The notes under the pieces are model-generated. The model saw only the letters and a list, made by a program, of their open reading frames with translations, was not told the DNA's origin and did not search any database. Position numbers and translations under genes: made by a program. Source: a virus (Duplodnaviria; Caudoviricetes). From it: a stretch of 64,000 nucleotides of DNA. Positions 56,129-64,000 of the stretch are shown piece by piece (the stretch's first letter is position 1; each line of letters opens with the position of its first letter). The stretch is taken from positions 21,011-85,010 of the IMG/VR virus record IMGVR_UViG_2703719088_000001, one strand, 5' to 3'.

Positions 56129-56407
56129 CTACTTTTCCTTGCAGAAGATTTTCTTCCAGAAACTCTTCTTGGGTTTGCTGGCATACTGCTCAAGGGCATT
56201 GAATCTCTTTTCAAGAACTTCGTAGTCCTTTTTCAGTTGTGTGTATTCGTCTTTCAATTTGGCAAAGGATTTCTGCGACTCAGAAAGAATCTTCTCGCAG
56301 GAATCATACTTCTCTGCCTTCTTGAGAAGGGCTTCATACACATCCTTCTTCACCCTAATACGGTTGTCCGTATAGGTCTTCTTCGTTTTGGGTTTCTTTT
56401 CTTCCAT
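56129..56407 (-). CDS. hypothetical coiled-coil protein
   Basis: 92 aa ORF. Confidence 0.65.
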   Translation of the reverse strand: MEEKKPKTKKTYTDNRIRVKKDVYEALLKKAEKYDSCEKILSESQKSFAKLKDEYTQLKKDYEVLEKRFNALEQYASKPKKSFWKKIFCKEK

Positions 56408-56411
56408 GACT

Positions 56412-56897
56412 TTATTGTTTTGAGTTAGGGTTGATCTTCCATCTCTGGTTGTCTCTTATGTTGAAAGCCTCCGGGCACTCATAGTAGTCCTCGATGCGTA
56501 TGTAGCAACCATTGTCGAGCATCACATATGCCTTTGGGTTTGACTGCGCTTCTCTCTGTGAGACAAATTGTGCGATTTTGTCTATACCGACAAAATCAGC
56601 TATGGTGATGCTCTGATATGTATGAGTTCGTATTATCCTGCTTACTGCATAACTAAGCCTCTTGCCAGACCATCCGTCCTCACTTATCACACTCATCAGG
56701 ACAGACCAAAAACCTGGATTCATCTTTGGAAATGCCTCCTGCAGTATTTTTATTGCCTCAGATTTATCTCTTGCCGTAGCCTGCTTACCTACAAGGAGAC
56801 TCAACCCGTTAATCTTTGTAACGTCTTGCCGCGGCGAGGGCTTCTCCTGCTGCAACAATGCGCTCTGCGCTGACACGATTCCCTTGATTGTTTCCAT
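56412..56897 (-). CDS. hypothetical protein, possibly helicase-loader/inhibitor-like
   Basis: follows the replication initiator; function inferred from position only. Confidence 0.45.
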   Translation of the reverse strand: METIKGIVSAQSALLQQEKPSPRQDVTKINGLSLLVGKQATARDKSEAIKILQEAFPKMNPGFWSVLMSVISEDGWSGKRLSYAVSRIIRTHTYQSITIADFVGIDKIAQFVSQREAQSNPKAYVMLDNGCYIRIEDYYECPEAFNIRDNQRWKINPNSKQ

Positions 56898-57588
56898 TTC
56901 TTTTTCTCCATGTGGTTATAGCCGCTCTCCATGACTTCATCTTATTCTTCCCAATCATCCACCCTTTCGACTCATAGAAAGCAACAAACGACTCGGCATC
57001 AATGTCAAAGAAACCCTTGTCTTGGCAATACCTTTCCACCTCTTCAACGGTTGGAGGATAGAAAATATCCTTCTTCACGGGGGAGGGGGAAGGGGAGGGG
57101 GTCAACCCTTGATCACCAAAAAGATTATCGGTTTCTGTGTAGAGACCCCCTTGGGGGGGTACTCTATATAATACTTTAGTATTATTAGAGTGGGGGGGTA
57201 TATTATTATCTTGTATTGGTCTCTCGTTTTCGATAAATCCATTTTTCGTTTTCGACAAATGGATTTGTTGATTATGAAATTTGGATATGAACGAATCGGA
57301 AAATGCATACCATGTCGTTCTGTCATACGTTGACTGGTTGTAGTTTCCGGTAAGCAAGATTCCCTTTTCTATAAGGGAAATAAGAATCCGCCTTATTTGT
57401 CCTGCACTCCAAAATGGGAAAATAAATGTGAGTGCTTCTGCGCTTCTATAAGTCCAGTATCTACCATCGTGAAAGTATCTTTCGTTTGCCTCATTCTTCT
57501 TAATCCATGATGATAGCACTGAAATCATAATAGCCTCATTTACTCCGTATTCTGTGGCGATTTCAATATCAAATAAATAGCAATCCAT
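56809..57588 (-). CDS. phage replication initiator/replisome organizer
   Basis: N-terminal winged helix (HDGRYWTY...FPFWS...DRTTWY) and C-terminal PPTVEEV...FVAFYESKGWMIGKNKMKSWRAA. Confidence 0.75.
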   Translation of the reverse strand: MDCYLFDIEIATEYGVNEAIMISVLSSWIKKNEANERYFHDGRYWTYRSAEALTFIFPFWSAGQIRRILISLIEKGILLTGNYNQSTYDRTTWYAFSDSFISKFHNQQIHLSKTKNGFIENERPIQDNNIPPHSNNTKVLYRVPPQGGLYTETDNLFGDQGLTPSPSPSPVKKDIFYPPTVEEVERYCQDKGFFDIDAESFVAFYESKGWMIGKNKMKSWRAAITTWRKRNGNNQGNRVSAERIVAAGEALAAARRYKD

Positions 57589-57589
57589 A

Positions 57590-57814
57590 CTATTCTGTGA
57601 TAAGTACGTATTTTGCGTAATGGACTGTGTTCCCAGTTATATGGCTCTTTGAGGTCATCCTCTCAGTTCTGATTTTGTGCCCTTCTGTTTTCAGGTCGGA
57701 AATCCTTGCCCCAAGTCGGTATATACCGTATTCACGTAAAGCCGTCAGCGGCTCTATGCTTCCATATGTCTGCAGATGCTGAAGGAGCATCTTCTTTTGT
57801 GTAAGCTTATTCAT
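57590..57814 (-). CDS. HTH domain protein
   Basis: LQHLQTYGSIEPLTALREYGIYRLGARISDLK. Confidence 0.7.
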   Translation of the reverse strand: MNKLTQKKMLLQHLQTYGSIEPLTALREYGIYRLGARISDLKTEGHKIRTERMTSKSHITGNTVHYAKYVLITE

Positions 57815-57815
57815 A

Positions 57816-58025
57816 TCAAATGATTTTTACGTACCTGTCATTGATTGTGGGACCTGTCACAACCTTTCCGCTTGCAACAAGTTCTATAACAGCCATCTGC
57901 ACATATGTTAAATCGTAGCCCGTCTTCTTGCAGATTTCGTTTATCGTAGCGTAATTAGGATATATTCCCTTTGCAATCTTATCTTCCTTGATCGCGGCAA
58001 CAGCGTTGAGAATTTCGGTCTTCAT
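57816..58025 (-). CDS. small winged-HTH-like protein
   Basis: ATINEICKKTG...ELVASGKV..GPTIND. Confidence 0.55.
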   Translation of the reverse strand: MKTEILNAVAAIKEDKIAKGIYPNYATINEICKKTGYDLTYVQMAVIELVASGKVVTGPTINDRYVKII

Positions 58026-58405
58026 TCGTCTTCGTTGTAGAGATAATCGGTGACAATCTTGATAAATTCATCCAGACTGCGACATACAACATATTTTCCT
58101 GCGGTATGAGTGTTAATCATGTTCTCATATTCCTTCTGCAAATCAGTCTGTCGGCCTTTCTCTGTTTTTAACTCAATACAGAGGAAAGCATATCTTCCGT
58201 TGTTTGACGGAAGGAGAAGTATCAGGTCTGGGAAACCAGCCCTGACACCCATCTCCTTGAACTTTGCGGCCTCTGCAGCATTGCGATGGCCACCATTCGG
58301 CGAATGATGCAGCAGAAGCCTTATGTCACGATGTACGTAGTCGAACCATCGGATACAGGCTTTTTGCAACTGGTCTTCGTTATGTCTCATTCGCAGACCT
58401 CCCAT
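58022..58405 (-). CDS. VRR-NUC domain nuclease
   Basis: EDQLQ, HSPNGG, GVRAGFPDL, IELKTEKGRQT..Q. Confidence 0.85.
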   Translation of the reverse strand: MGGLRMRHNEDQLQKACIRWFDYVHRDIRLLLHHSPNGGHRNAAEAAKFKEMGVRAGFPDLILLLPSNNGRYAFLCIELKTEKGRQTDLQKEYENMINTHTAGKYVVCRSLDEFIKIVTDYLYNEDE

Positions 58406-58826
58406 ATTCGTTGTAGAACTCTTCCCACATCAGGTCTTCCGGAGTGGGCAGCTTGATACCGAGTTCTGCGGCGGCATCAGCTTGTATGCCGTTCAAGAAC
58501 TCCGTCATCTGTTCAACTGTAAGAGCAGACGTCTTACCTGGAAGGGTAAATGTCTTCTCTCCAATCTCAACATTGCGCGGAGGAAGCAGAAGACGGACAT
58601 AATAGTCATGGACGTCATCAACGTTGTTACCGGTCTCCTTGGATATGCAGGAGAACCACATCCACATCAGCCTGTTCTGAGATACTGATCGTATTTTAAT
58701 CTTACGTCTGATGATTATCTCATAATCACCATTGGTGATATGGCTGATTCGAAACTCAATTTTATGGATGAGGTCTGGTAGGTTCTCCACCTCTCCGCCC
58801 TTCTTTGTAAAATCGTACTTAATCAT
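58380..58826 (-). CDS. NinB/Orf-like recombination protein
   Basis: RSVSQNRLMWMW, T..LTVEQMTEFL, GIKLP. Confidence 0.65.
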   Translation of the reverse strand: MIKYDFTKKGGEVENLPDLIHKIEFRISHITNGDYEIIIRRKIKIRSVSQNRLMWMWFSCISKETGNNVDDVHDYYVRLLLPPRNVEIGEKTFTLPGKTSALTVEQMTEFLNGIQADAAAELGIKLPTPEDLMWEEFYNEYGRSANET

Positions 58827-58858
58827 AATATGGGCGGTTTAAGGCCATGCCCAGGGCC

Positions 58859-59239
58859 TTAATCAAAAGGGAGGTCGTTGGGTTCTGATGTGTCAACCGG
58901 TTCTGCTTCTGCGTCGGCCACCGCACGCTGCTCACGTCCGATTTCCTTCAAGTTGCCAAGGATAGGGGCTACATCTCGCAATTCCTCCTTGCTATATTTA
59001 TCGCGTATCTCCTTGTTCTGGACGTTGGCAACGATGAAATGGCTGTTGCCGTACTCGTTACCCTTGCTCTCAAAGGCGGCAATACCGAGAAATGTACCCT
59101 TCTCGTTCTGGAAGATGGTTGGGTTCTGTTTCAGAGGAATGAAGATGCCAGCTTGCGGCTCTGTGCCGCCCATACGCATGCGAACCGGCTTCGCGTCGAT
59201 AAGACGCTCAAGATTGATGCTTCCTGTAAAGTTCATGAT
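58859..59239 (-). CDS. probable single-stranded DNA-binding protein
   Basis: starts MNFTGSINL; acidic tail ending NDLPFD; placed in the recombination cluster. Confidence 0.6.
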   Translation of the reverse strand: MMNFTGSINLERLIDAKPVRMRMGGTEPQAGIFIPLKQNPTIFQNEKGTFLGIAAFESKGNEYGNSHFIVANVQNKEIRDKYSKEELRDVAPILGNLKEIGREQRAVADAEAEPVDTSEPNDLPFD

Positions 59240-59766
59240 TATCTGATGTTTAATGATTTGTTTGTCGTTCTGCTTACACCTTCCGGCAGCAGGTCGGTAT
59301 CTTTGAATGCTTCCTTGATAGCTGTCTTGGAGACCTTGATGGTCACCTCCATCCACGACGGCAGACTTGCCTTTAGGTCGTTGATGCGATCAAGGTATCG
59401 GTGTAGTACTTGGTTGTCATCCACCTCAAGGCTCTGCGATTTGCGGAGGCTCATTATGCACATATCGCCCTCCATCTTATCGATGTTGTAGTTCGACATG
59501 CACTCGGCGATATGCATCTTGGCCTGCTTGACGCAGTTCTCGGCCGTCTTCTTACGAGCGGCAAAATGCTTGGCCATCTCGTCCAGAGACTTAGCCTCGG
59601 CTTCCTTGTTTTTGATAAACTGGAAGTAGTTGTCCACCTTCCTGCGGAGGCTGGTCTCGGTCTCTTCCCATACGGTCGCCAACTCATCGGTCAGCTCACC
59701 GCCGTTCTCCTCCAGAATGCGCTCGATTTCGCGCATCTGGTCATTGAGTTCAAATAGTGTAGCCAT
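59239..59766 (-). CDS. Siphovirus Gp157-like protein
   Basis: MATLFEL...KVDNY...K....SLRKS.S...KVSKTAIKEA. Confidence 0.75.
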   Translation of the reverse strand: MATLFELNDQMREIERILEENGGELTDELATVWEETETSLRRKVDNYFQFIKNKEAEAKSLDEMAKHFAARKKTAENCVKQAKMHIAECMSNYNIDKMEGDMCIMSLRKSQSLEVDDNQVLHRYLDRINDLKASLPSWMEVTIKVSKTAIKEAFKDTDLLPEGVSRTTNKSLNIR

Positions 59767-59770
59767 TCCT

Positions 59771-60417
59771 TTATTTCAAGTTGTTATTTATTATATAGTT
59801 TTGGAAATTCTCGATAACCTGTTGAAGAACCTCTGGGCTGATGATAGTAGCCTTGGTAAGAGCCTCTGTTACATTAACACCGTTTTGACGTTGTTCGTAC
59901 AGCCATTTCATCACTGCTTCACTGTTGATGTTTTTCTCATCGAAGGGCTTCCTTTTATCTTTGGGTGGATTCTGCGTTGTCCTCTGCTGCTTGGATGTGG
60001 ATTCCCTTTGTTTGATCTCTCCGGTATTCGTCTGGTCGCTATCAACTCCGTCATCGATGCAAAACAGACCGTTCAAAGCATACTTCCTTGCGTAAGATGA
60101 TGACGCTCCAGTCACCTGGCTTCCGTCCATACCCTTCTTGGACTCTTCTTCGCGTGCATAAGCGGTGGTGCTGTAGCTGCTGCCATCATCTATCTGGAGG
60201 ATTGTAACCGTTGATTTGATATAGTGTCTTCCATCGATGAATATAACATCATCAGAGCATGTGAGGACGCAGCGATACTCTTCCAACATCGGCTTGACAG
60301 CCTCCATGATATCTTCGGCTTTCCTATAGTTGTACTTGCCGAATTCGTTGTACTGGCTCTTGGGAGCCTTCAAATGTCTCTGTATCTGCAGCAGAGATTG
60401 GTATACTTTATGTTCCA
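59771..60417 (-). CDS. ERF-family single-strand annealing protein
   Basis: APKSQYNEFGKYNYRKAEDI, Q.TGASSSYARKYALNGLF.IDD..DSD. Confidence 0.9.
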
Positions 60418-60494
60418 TATTTAATATTTTGATTTTCAAAGGAAAAGCACTGCGGCCTTCGCAGGTGGCAGTGCGCGGAAGTTGTTTAACCTAA

Positions 60495-61088
60495 TTATAC
60501 GTGGAAATTGAAGTTCACATATGCAGCATCGGTTATAGCCCTAACGAAGCAAGGCGCATCACTTACTTTGTTGGCTTCCTTGACTGTTATATATTGTTTT
60601 GCAGCCCTTCTTTCCAACCCTGCCGACCTCACTGTGCTATTGTCATAGTATGCTTCATTAGCACCTGTCCCGACTTGATATCCGGCTTGCCGCAGTTCGT
60701 ATCTCAACTGAGACCTGCGGTGTCCGCCTGATGTGACTTTGTATTTGGTCTTCTGCGGAAGACCCCAGCGTATACGCATGCGCTCTTTATTGAACAGTTC
60801 CAAGCGGCTCTTGCTGATATTCGCACTGTGAGATTCCTTGTCACGCCAGCTTGCACGCCCTTTGGCTTGAGTCTGTTTGACAATGTACTCATGGCTTTTT
60901 CTTAGCCTGTTCCTAAAGGCAAAACTCTCTATGCTTTTTACATTTAAGCCAAGAACAGATGCCAGTTCGTCATTGCTTGTATTGTGGAAGTTCTTGAATA
61001 GATACTCCCTTTCCTCTTGTGTATATACGTGGTAGTTCTCTCGCATAATAGTATGTATTGTGGGGCTGATGGGTTCGCACCAATACAC
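60495..61088 (-). CDS. hypothetical DNA-binding protein
   Basis: YTQEEREYL...NDELASVLG...LRK; probable start about 61046. Confidence 0.6.
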   Translation of the reverse strand: MYWCEPISPTIHTIMRENYHVYTQEEREYLFKNFHNTSNDELASVLGLNVKSIESFAFRNRLRKSHEYIVKQTQAKGRASWRDKESHSANISKSRLELFNKERMRIRWGLPQKTKYKVTSGGHRRSQLRYELRQAGYQVGTGANEAYYDNSTVRSAGLERRAAKQYITVKEANKVSDAPCFVRAITDAAYVNFNFHV

Positions 61089-61346
61089 GCTGTCCGCAGC
61101 CCCTATTTCGTCCCTCTCCGTCTCGCCACATCACTTTTCGGCTTCAGGCGGGCAACTCGTGCCCTAATTGTTTCGGTTGTCCCAGACGGATCGAGTATAG
61201 TTTATCGTCATAATTTCTCAAGTATGTATCATGCCCACCCTGTCGCGGGCACGATGTGTGTGTACAATAAGTCAAAGAACCAATCATAGAAGAGGGGCAG
61301 TGGTTCGGGCTGCGCCCTCCTGTATTATGCGGACGGGTGACTCACG

Positions 61347-61649
61347 TCATGCCTCCGCCGTCCTTACTGATAATTTCTTTATGCCTCCCTCCTTCATGAG
61401 ACGTTGGATCTTGTGAAGTGGATAGACCCATCCCGTCCGGTGCTCACTGCCGTTCCTGTCTATCACGACGGCCTGTGTGCGAGGGAGGGTGCAGCCGTAT
61501 GTCTTTAGCCAACTCGGAGTGAAACAGGCAAACTGCTTGGTGAGTTGTTGACCAGAGAGCCACCGCTCTTCTGATTCTTCCATCACCTCGGCCATGATAT
61601 CCCTTACCTCGGTGATAATCTGTCTGCGTGTCTCGGTGTCTATTTTCAT
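61347..61649 (-). CDS. possible excisionase/HTH protein
   Basis: ERWLSGQQL...WVYPLHKIQRL; near the immunity region. Confidence 0.4.
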   Translation of the reverse strand: MKIDTETRRQIITEVRDIMAEVMEESEERWLSGQQLTKQFACFTPSWLKTYGCTLPRTQAVVIDRNGSEHRTGWVYPLHKIQRLMKEGGIKKLSVRTAEA

Positions 61650-61867
61650 CTGTTTAACACCTTGTTTTCTCCCTCTCCGAGTGCGTGTACGAGGATGATG
61701 TTGTCCTCAAAAAACTTCTGCACCTCGTAATCGACTACGCCGTCAGGCATGCCAAGTCGTTTAATCTGGCTTACCATCGTGGCGGCAGACTGAAGCTGCG
61801 CACCGTTCTGGCAGATGAAGGGCTTGAAAGTACCTGGTTTCATATTTCGGATTTGTTCGAATGTCAT
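61646..61867 (-). CDS. hypothetical protein, first gene of the leftward operon
   Basis: 73 aa ORF. Confidence 0.65.
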   Translation of the reverse strand: MTFEQIRNMKPGTFKPFICQNGAQLQSAATMVSQIKRLGMPDGVVDYEVQKFFEDNIILVHALGEGENKVLNR

Positions 61868-62022
61868 TTCTTATATTCCTTTATTTAATTAGAACAATAC
61901 ACAAAAGTTTGGCGGACTCAGAAATTTTCCTTACCTTTCGGTTGTTAGTTATGTTACGGCGAAGGGGCATCTCTTTGCCAGCCCTACTTTTGTGCCTTGC
62001 TCTTTATTTATCAAACATGACG

Positions 62023-62062
62023 CAAATGTAGGAAAAATCTTTGGAAATCCAATATATTGGAT
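62023..62062 (-). promoter_or_regulatory. leftward promoter overlapped by a 16-bp palindromic operator candidate
   Basis: TACATTTG (-7, 62030-62023); TTGG (-33-like) lies inside the palindrome ATCCAATATATTGGAT (62047-62062). Confidence 0.55.
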
Positions 62063-62102
62063 AGAAAATAGCGTAGATTTATCATAGTTTAACATTTGCG
62101 GT

Positions 62103-62753
62103 ATGAACAGACAGAGTGACATGATCAACAGAATCACTGATTTAGTGGAAGATAGCGGACTAACGAACTGCGCTTTCGCCAGAAAGGTTGGTATTGATGC
62201 TTCTGCCTTCTCGAAGAAGATAAAAGGCATCAGCACAATAACCAAAAAGGACATCTCCCTTATTAGCACCGCCCTTGGAGTCCAGTATGAGTGGTTGCTG
62301 ACCGGAGAAGGGGAAAAGACAGGAAGCATCATCTATAATACGGATGCGCCTGATTCCCCCGAATCAGACACATCTGTCTCAAGATTCAAGATGTATCTCA
62401 ACTCAAAAGGAATTACCAATGCCCGTGCGGAGAAAGAGTGCGGTTTCTCCAACGGGCTAATAGGGAATGCTCTTAGGACAAACTCTACGATCGGAAGCGA
62501 TAAGTTAGAAAAAATCTTAAATGTTTACCCGGATATGTCAGCTGAATGGCTGCTCCGTGGAAGAGGAAAGATGATATTGGGACAAGACAAGTCACGGGAA
62601 ATATATGCACGTATCGCGCAGATTGCCAGCGGAGAACGCAACCAAGACAAAGCCTATGATGTAATACTTGCTATCATCGATATGGTCGGAAAGATCTACG
62701 AGTTCTTCTACAACAAGAACAAGAACAGCGAACAGATTGTTGTTGAGAAGTAA
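62103..62753 (+). CDS. CI-like repressor with two HTH domains
   Basis: FARKVGIDAS...YEWLLTGEG and RAEKECGFSNG...SAEWLLRGRG; divergent from the lytic operon. Confidence 0.75.
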   Translation: MNRQSDMINRITDLVEDSGLTNCAFARKVGIDASAFSKKIKGISTITKKDISLISTALGVQYEWLLTGEGEKTGSIIYNTDAPDSPESDTSVSRFKMYLNSKGITNARAEKECGFSNGLIGNALRTNSTIGSDKLEKILNVYPDMSAEWLLRGRGKMILGQDKSREIYARIAQIASGERNQDKAYDVILAIIDMVGKIYEFFYNKNKNSEQIVVEK

Positions 62754-62815
62754 CATGGTTTTTTTACCTTTGCCACGAAAAACCAAAGACAATAGCGAAG
62801 GAATACGGCTTGTAA

Positions 62816-64000
62816 TCAGACGAACTCTTCCAACCTTGTAAACTGATTACATACATCTTGAGAGAGTATCTTGGCGTATCTCATTGTCATGGCTATGTCT
62901 GTGTGCCCAGCCATTCGGCTGGCTATCTCAATAGGAACACCATGTCTTAGCACCCAAGTGACATATGTATGACGAAGCACATGTGAGTGTAGGTCAAAGC
63001 GAAGATTGGCCATCGTGCCTATGACCTTCAAAAGCCTGTTATATTCTTGGTTGGAAATGTGCGGTATCTGCATGTCGTATCTCTCTATCACCTCTACTAC
63101 AGGCGGTAGCAGTTGGTTGACGAACAGAACGGATGTCTTCGTCCGTACACCGGCCTTCACCCACTTCCCGTTTTCAAGACGATAGTCACGCATATCGAAT
63201 TTCATCAGATCAGCATAGGCCATGCCTGTGTACATCTGTATGACGGCGAGATCCCTGGCCGTAGCAATACGGGCGGATGGAATCTTCATCTCCCTGATGA
63301 GTGTCATCTCATCTTCCGTCAGAAAGTCTATGGTTGCCCTGTCGCCCCTCTTGAACCGGCCTCTGAGTTTGTTGTAGGGGTTTATCGTGATTTTATCTAA
63401 CAGGACAGCCCTGTTGAGCAGAGCCTTGAAGCATTTGTGGTAGTTGTATAGCCCTGCATCTGATATTGGTATCTTTTTTGCGTTGCTCTTGCTCTCCGCA
63501 TCGCTCTGGCGGATGGTGATATTCTTCCGCATCCAGTTATCAAAAGCAAGGACACTCTCCACCGTGACATCATCCCAACGTTTTATCTTACCATATTCCT
63601 GCAGCCGGTAGACAAGACAGCGGTAGTGCTTTATCGTCCCGTCCTTGAGGTTCATCTGTTCAATCTGCTCTTTCATCCATTCGATGATGGTCTTCTCATA
63701 CTCCTCCCTGTAAAACCATATAGCCTTACGTACCATTTCAATGTCGAACGCAAGACCTTTCTCTATCATTCTGTTGATCACCTCGCCTATTTTGACGCAG
63801 AATAACGCCAATCTGCGATTTAACACTTCGCTGTCTGGTCTGTTGATGATACACCCGCTTGCAAACTCATTGCGAAGCACCTTGATTCCCGTTGAAATGT
63901 AGAAGGTCTTCCTATCAGTTATCACCCTGATTTCCACAGACCCTGGCATCCCTTTTTTCGCTCTGTTTCGATAATCGAAAACGATGTTTGTTGTTACCAT
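62816..64000 (-). CDS. int: phage integrase (tyrosine recombinase with Arm and SAM domains)
   Basis: Arm-binding YISTGIKV, YTGMAYAD, HVLRHTY, MAGHTDIAMTMRYAK. Confidence 0.92.
   Translation of the reverse strand: MVTTNIVFDYRNRAKKGMPGSVEIRVITDRKTFYISTGIKVLRNEFASGCIINRPDSEVLNRRLALFCVKIGEVINRMIEKGLAFDIEMVRKAIWFYREEYEKTIIEWMKEQIEQMNLKDGTIKHYRCLVYRLQEYGKIKRWDDVTVESVLAFDNWMRKNITIRQSDAESKSNAKKIPISDAGLYNYHKCFKALLNRAVLLDKITINPYNKLRGRFKRGDRATIDFLTEDEMTLIREMKIPSARIATARDLAVIQMYTGMAYADLMKFDMRDYRLENGKWVKAGVRTKTSVLFVNQLLPPVVEVIERYDMQIPHISNQEYNRLLKVIGTMANLRFDLHSHVLRHTYVTWVLRHGVPIEIASRMAGHTDIAMTMRYAKILSQDVCNQFTRLEEFV

Noticed and set aside
1-64000. Stop-codon reassignment (alternative genetic code)
   Set aside because: Long conserved genes (terL, portal, MCP, FtsK, integrase) are intact under code 11, and TAA, TAG and TGA all end genes.
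1-64000. Complete diversity-generating retroelement or retron
   Set aside because: No reverse transcriptase and no second copy of the 27880-28000 region were seen in the window.

Overview
This window is about 64 kb of a large tailed temperate phage or prophage, most likely of a Bacteroidales host such as Prevotella or Bacteroides. The host call rests on TAnnTTTG-type promoters, AT-rich leaders lacking a Shine-Dalgarno sequence, and a Bacteroidetes-type integrase. Layout: (1) 1-15.2 kb, a GC-richer virion and packaging block. Tail tube, head-tail, major capsid and scaffold genes run leftward. Terminase (with an Ala1 intein), portal, MuF-like head protein and a lipoprotein run rightward. A D5/P4-type SF3 helicase follows. 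(2) 15.2-16.2 kb, a non-coding hinge with a perfect 16-bp palindrome. (3) 16.2-30 kb, about 30 co-oriented, AT-rich small-gene cassettes, nearly all led by a hairpin, a (G)TAC(GAT) motif and a TAACCCTAAA-like leader. (4) 30-35.7 kb, HTH-linked operons, including a stand-alone Cas11c-like (Cas8c C-terminal) domain fused to an XRE HTH, then an FtsK-like ATPase and a tyrosine recombinase. (5) 35.7-61.9 kb, a leftward early and replication arm with many hypotheticals, two DNA methyltransferases, a replisome organizer, VRR-NUC, NinB-like, SSB, Gp157 and ERF genes, a degenerate tRNA and a highly base-paired non-coding region of 400-520 nt. (6) A two-HTH repressor and an integrase at the right edge. 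The best candidates for new biology are the Cas11c-HTH fusion, the hairpin-delimited cassette array and the large structured ncRNA. All family assignments come from motif recognition by eye; no database searches were run.
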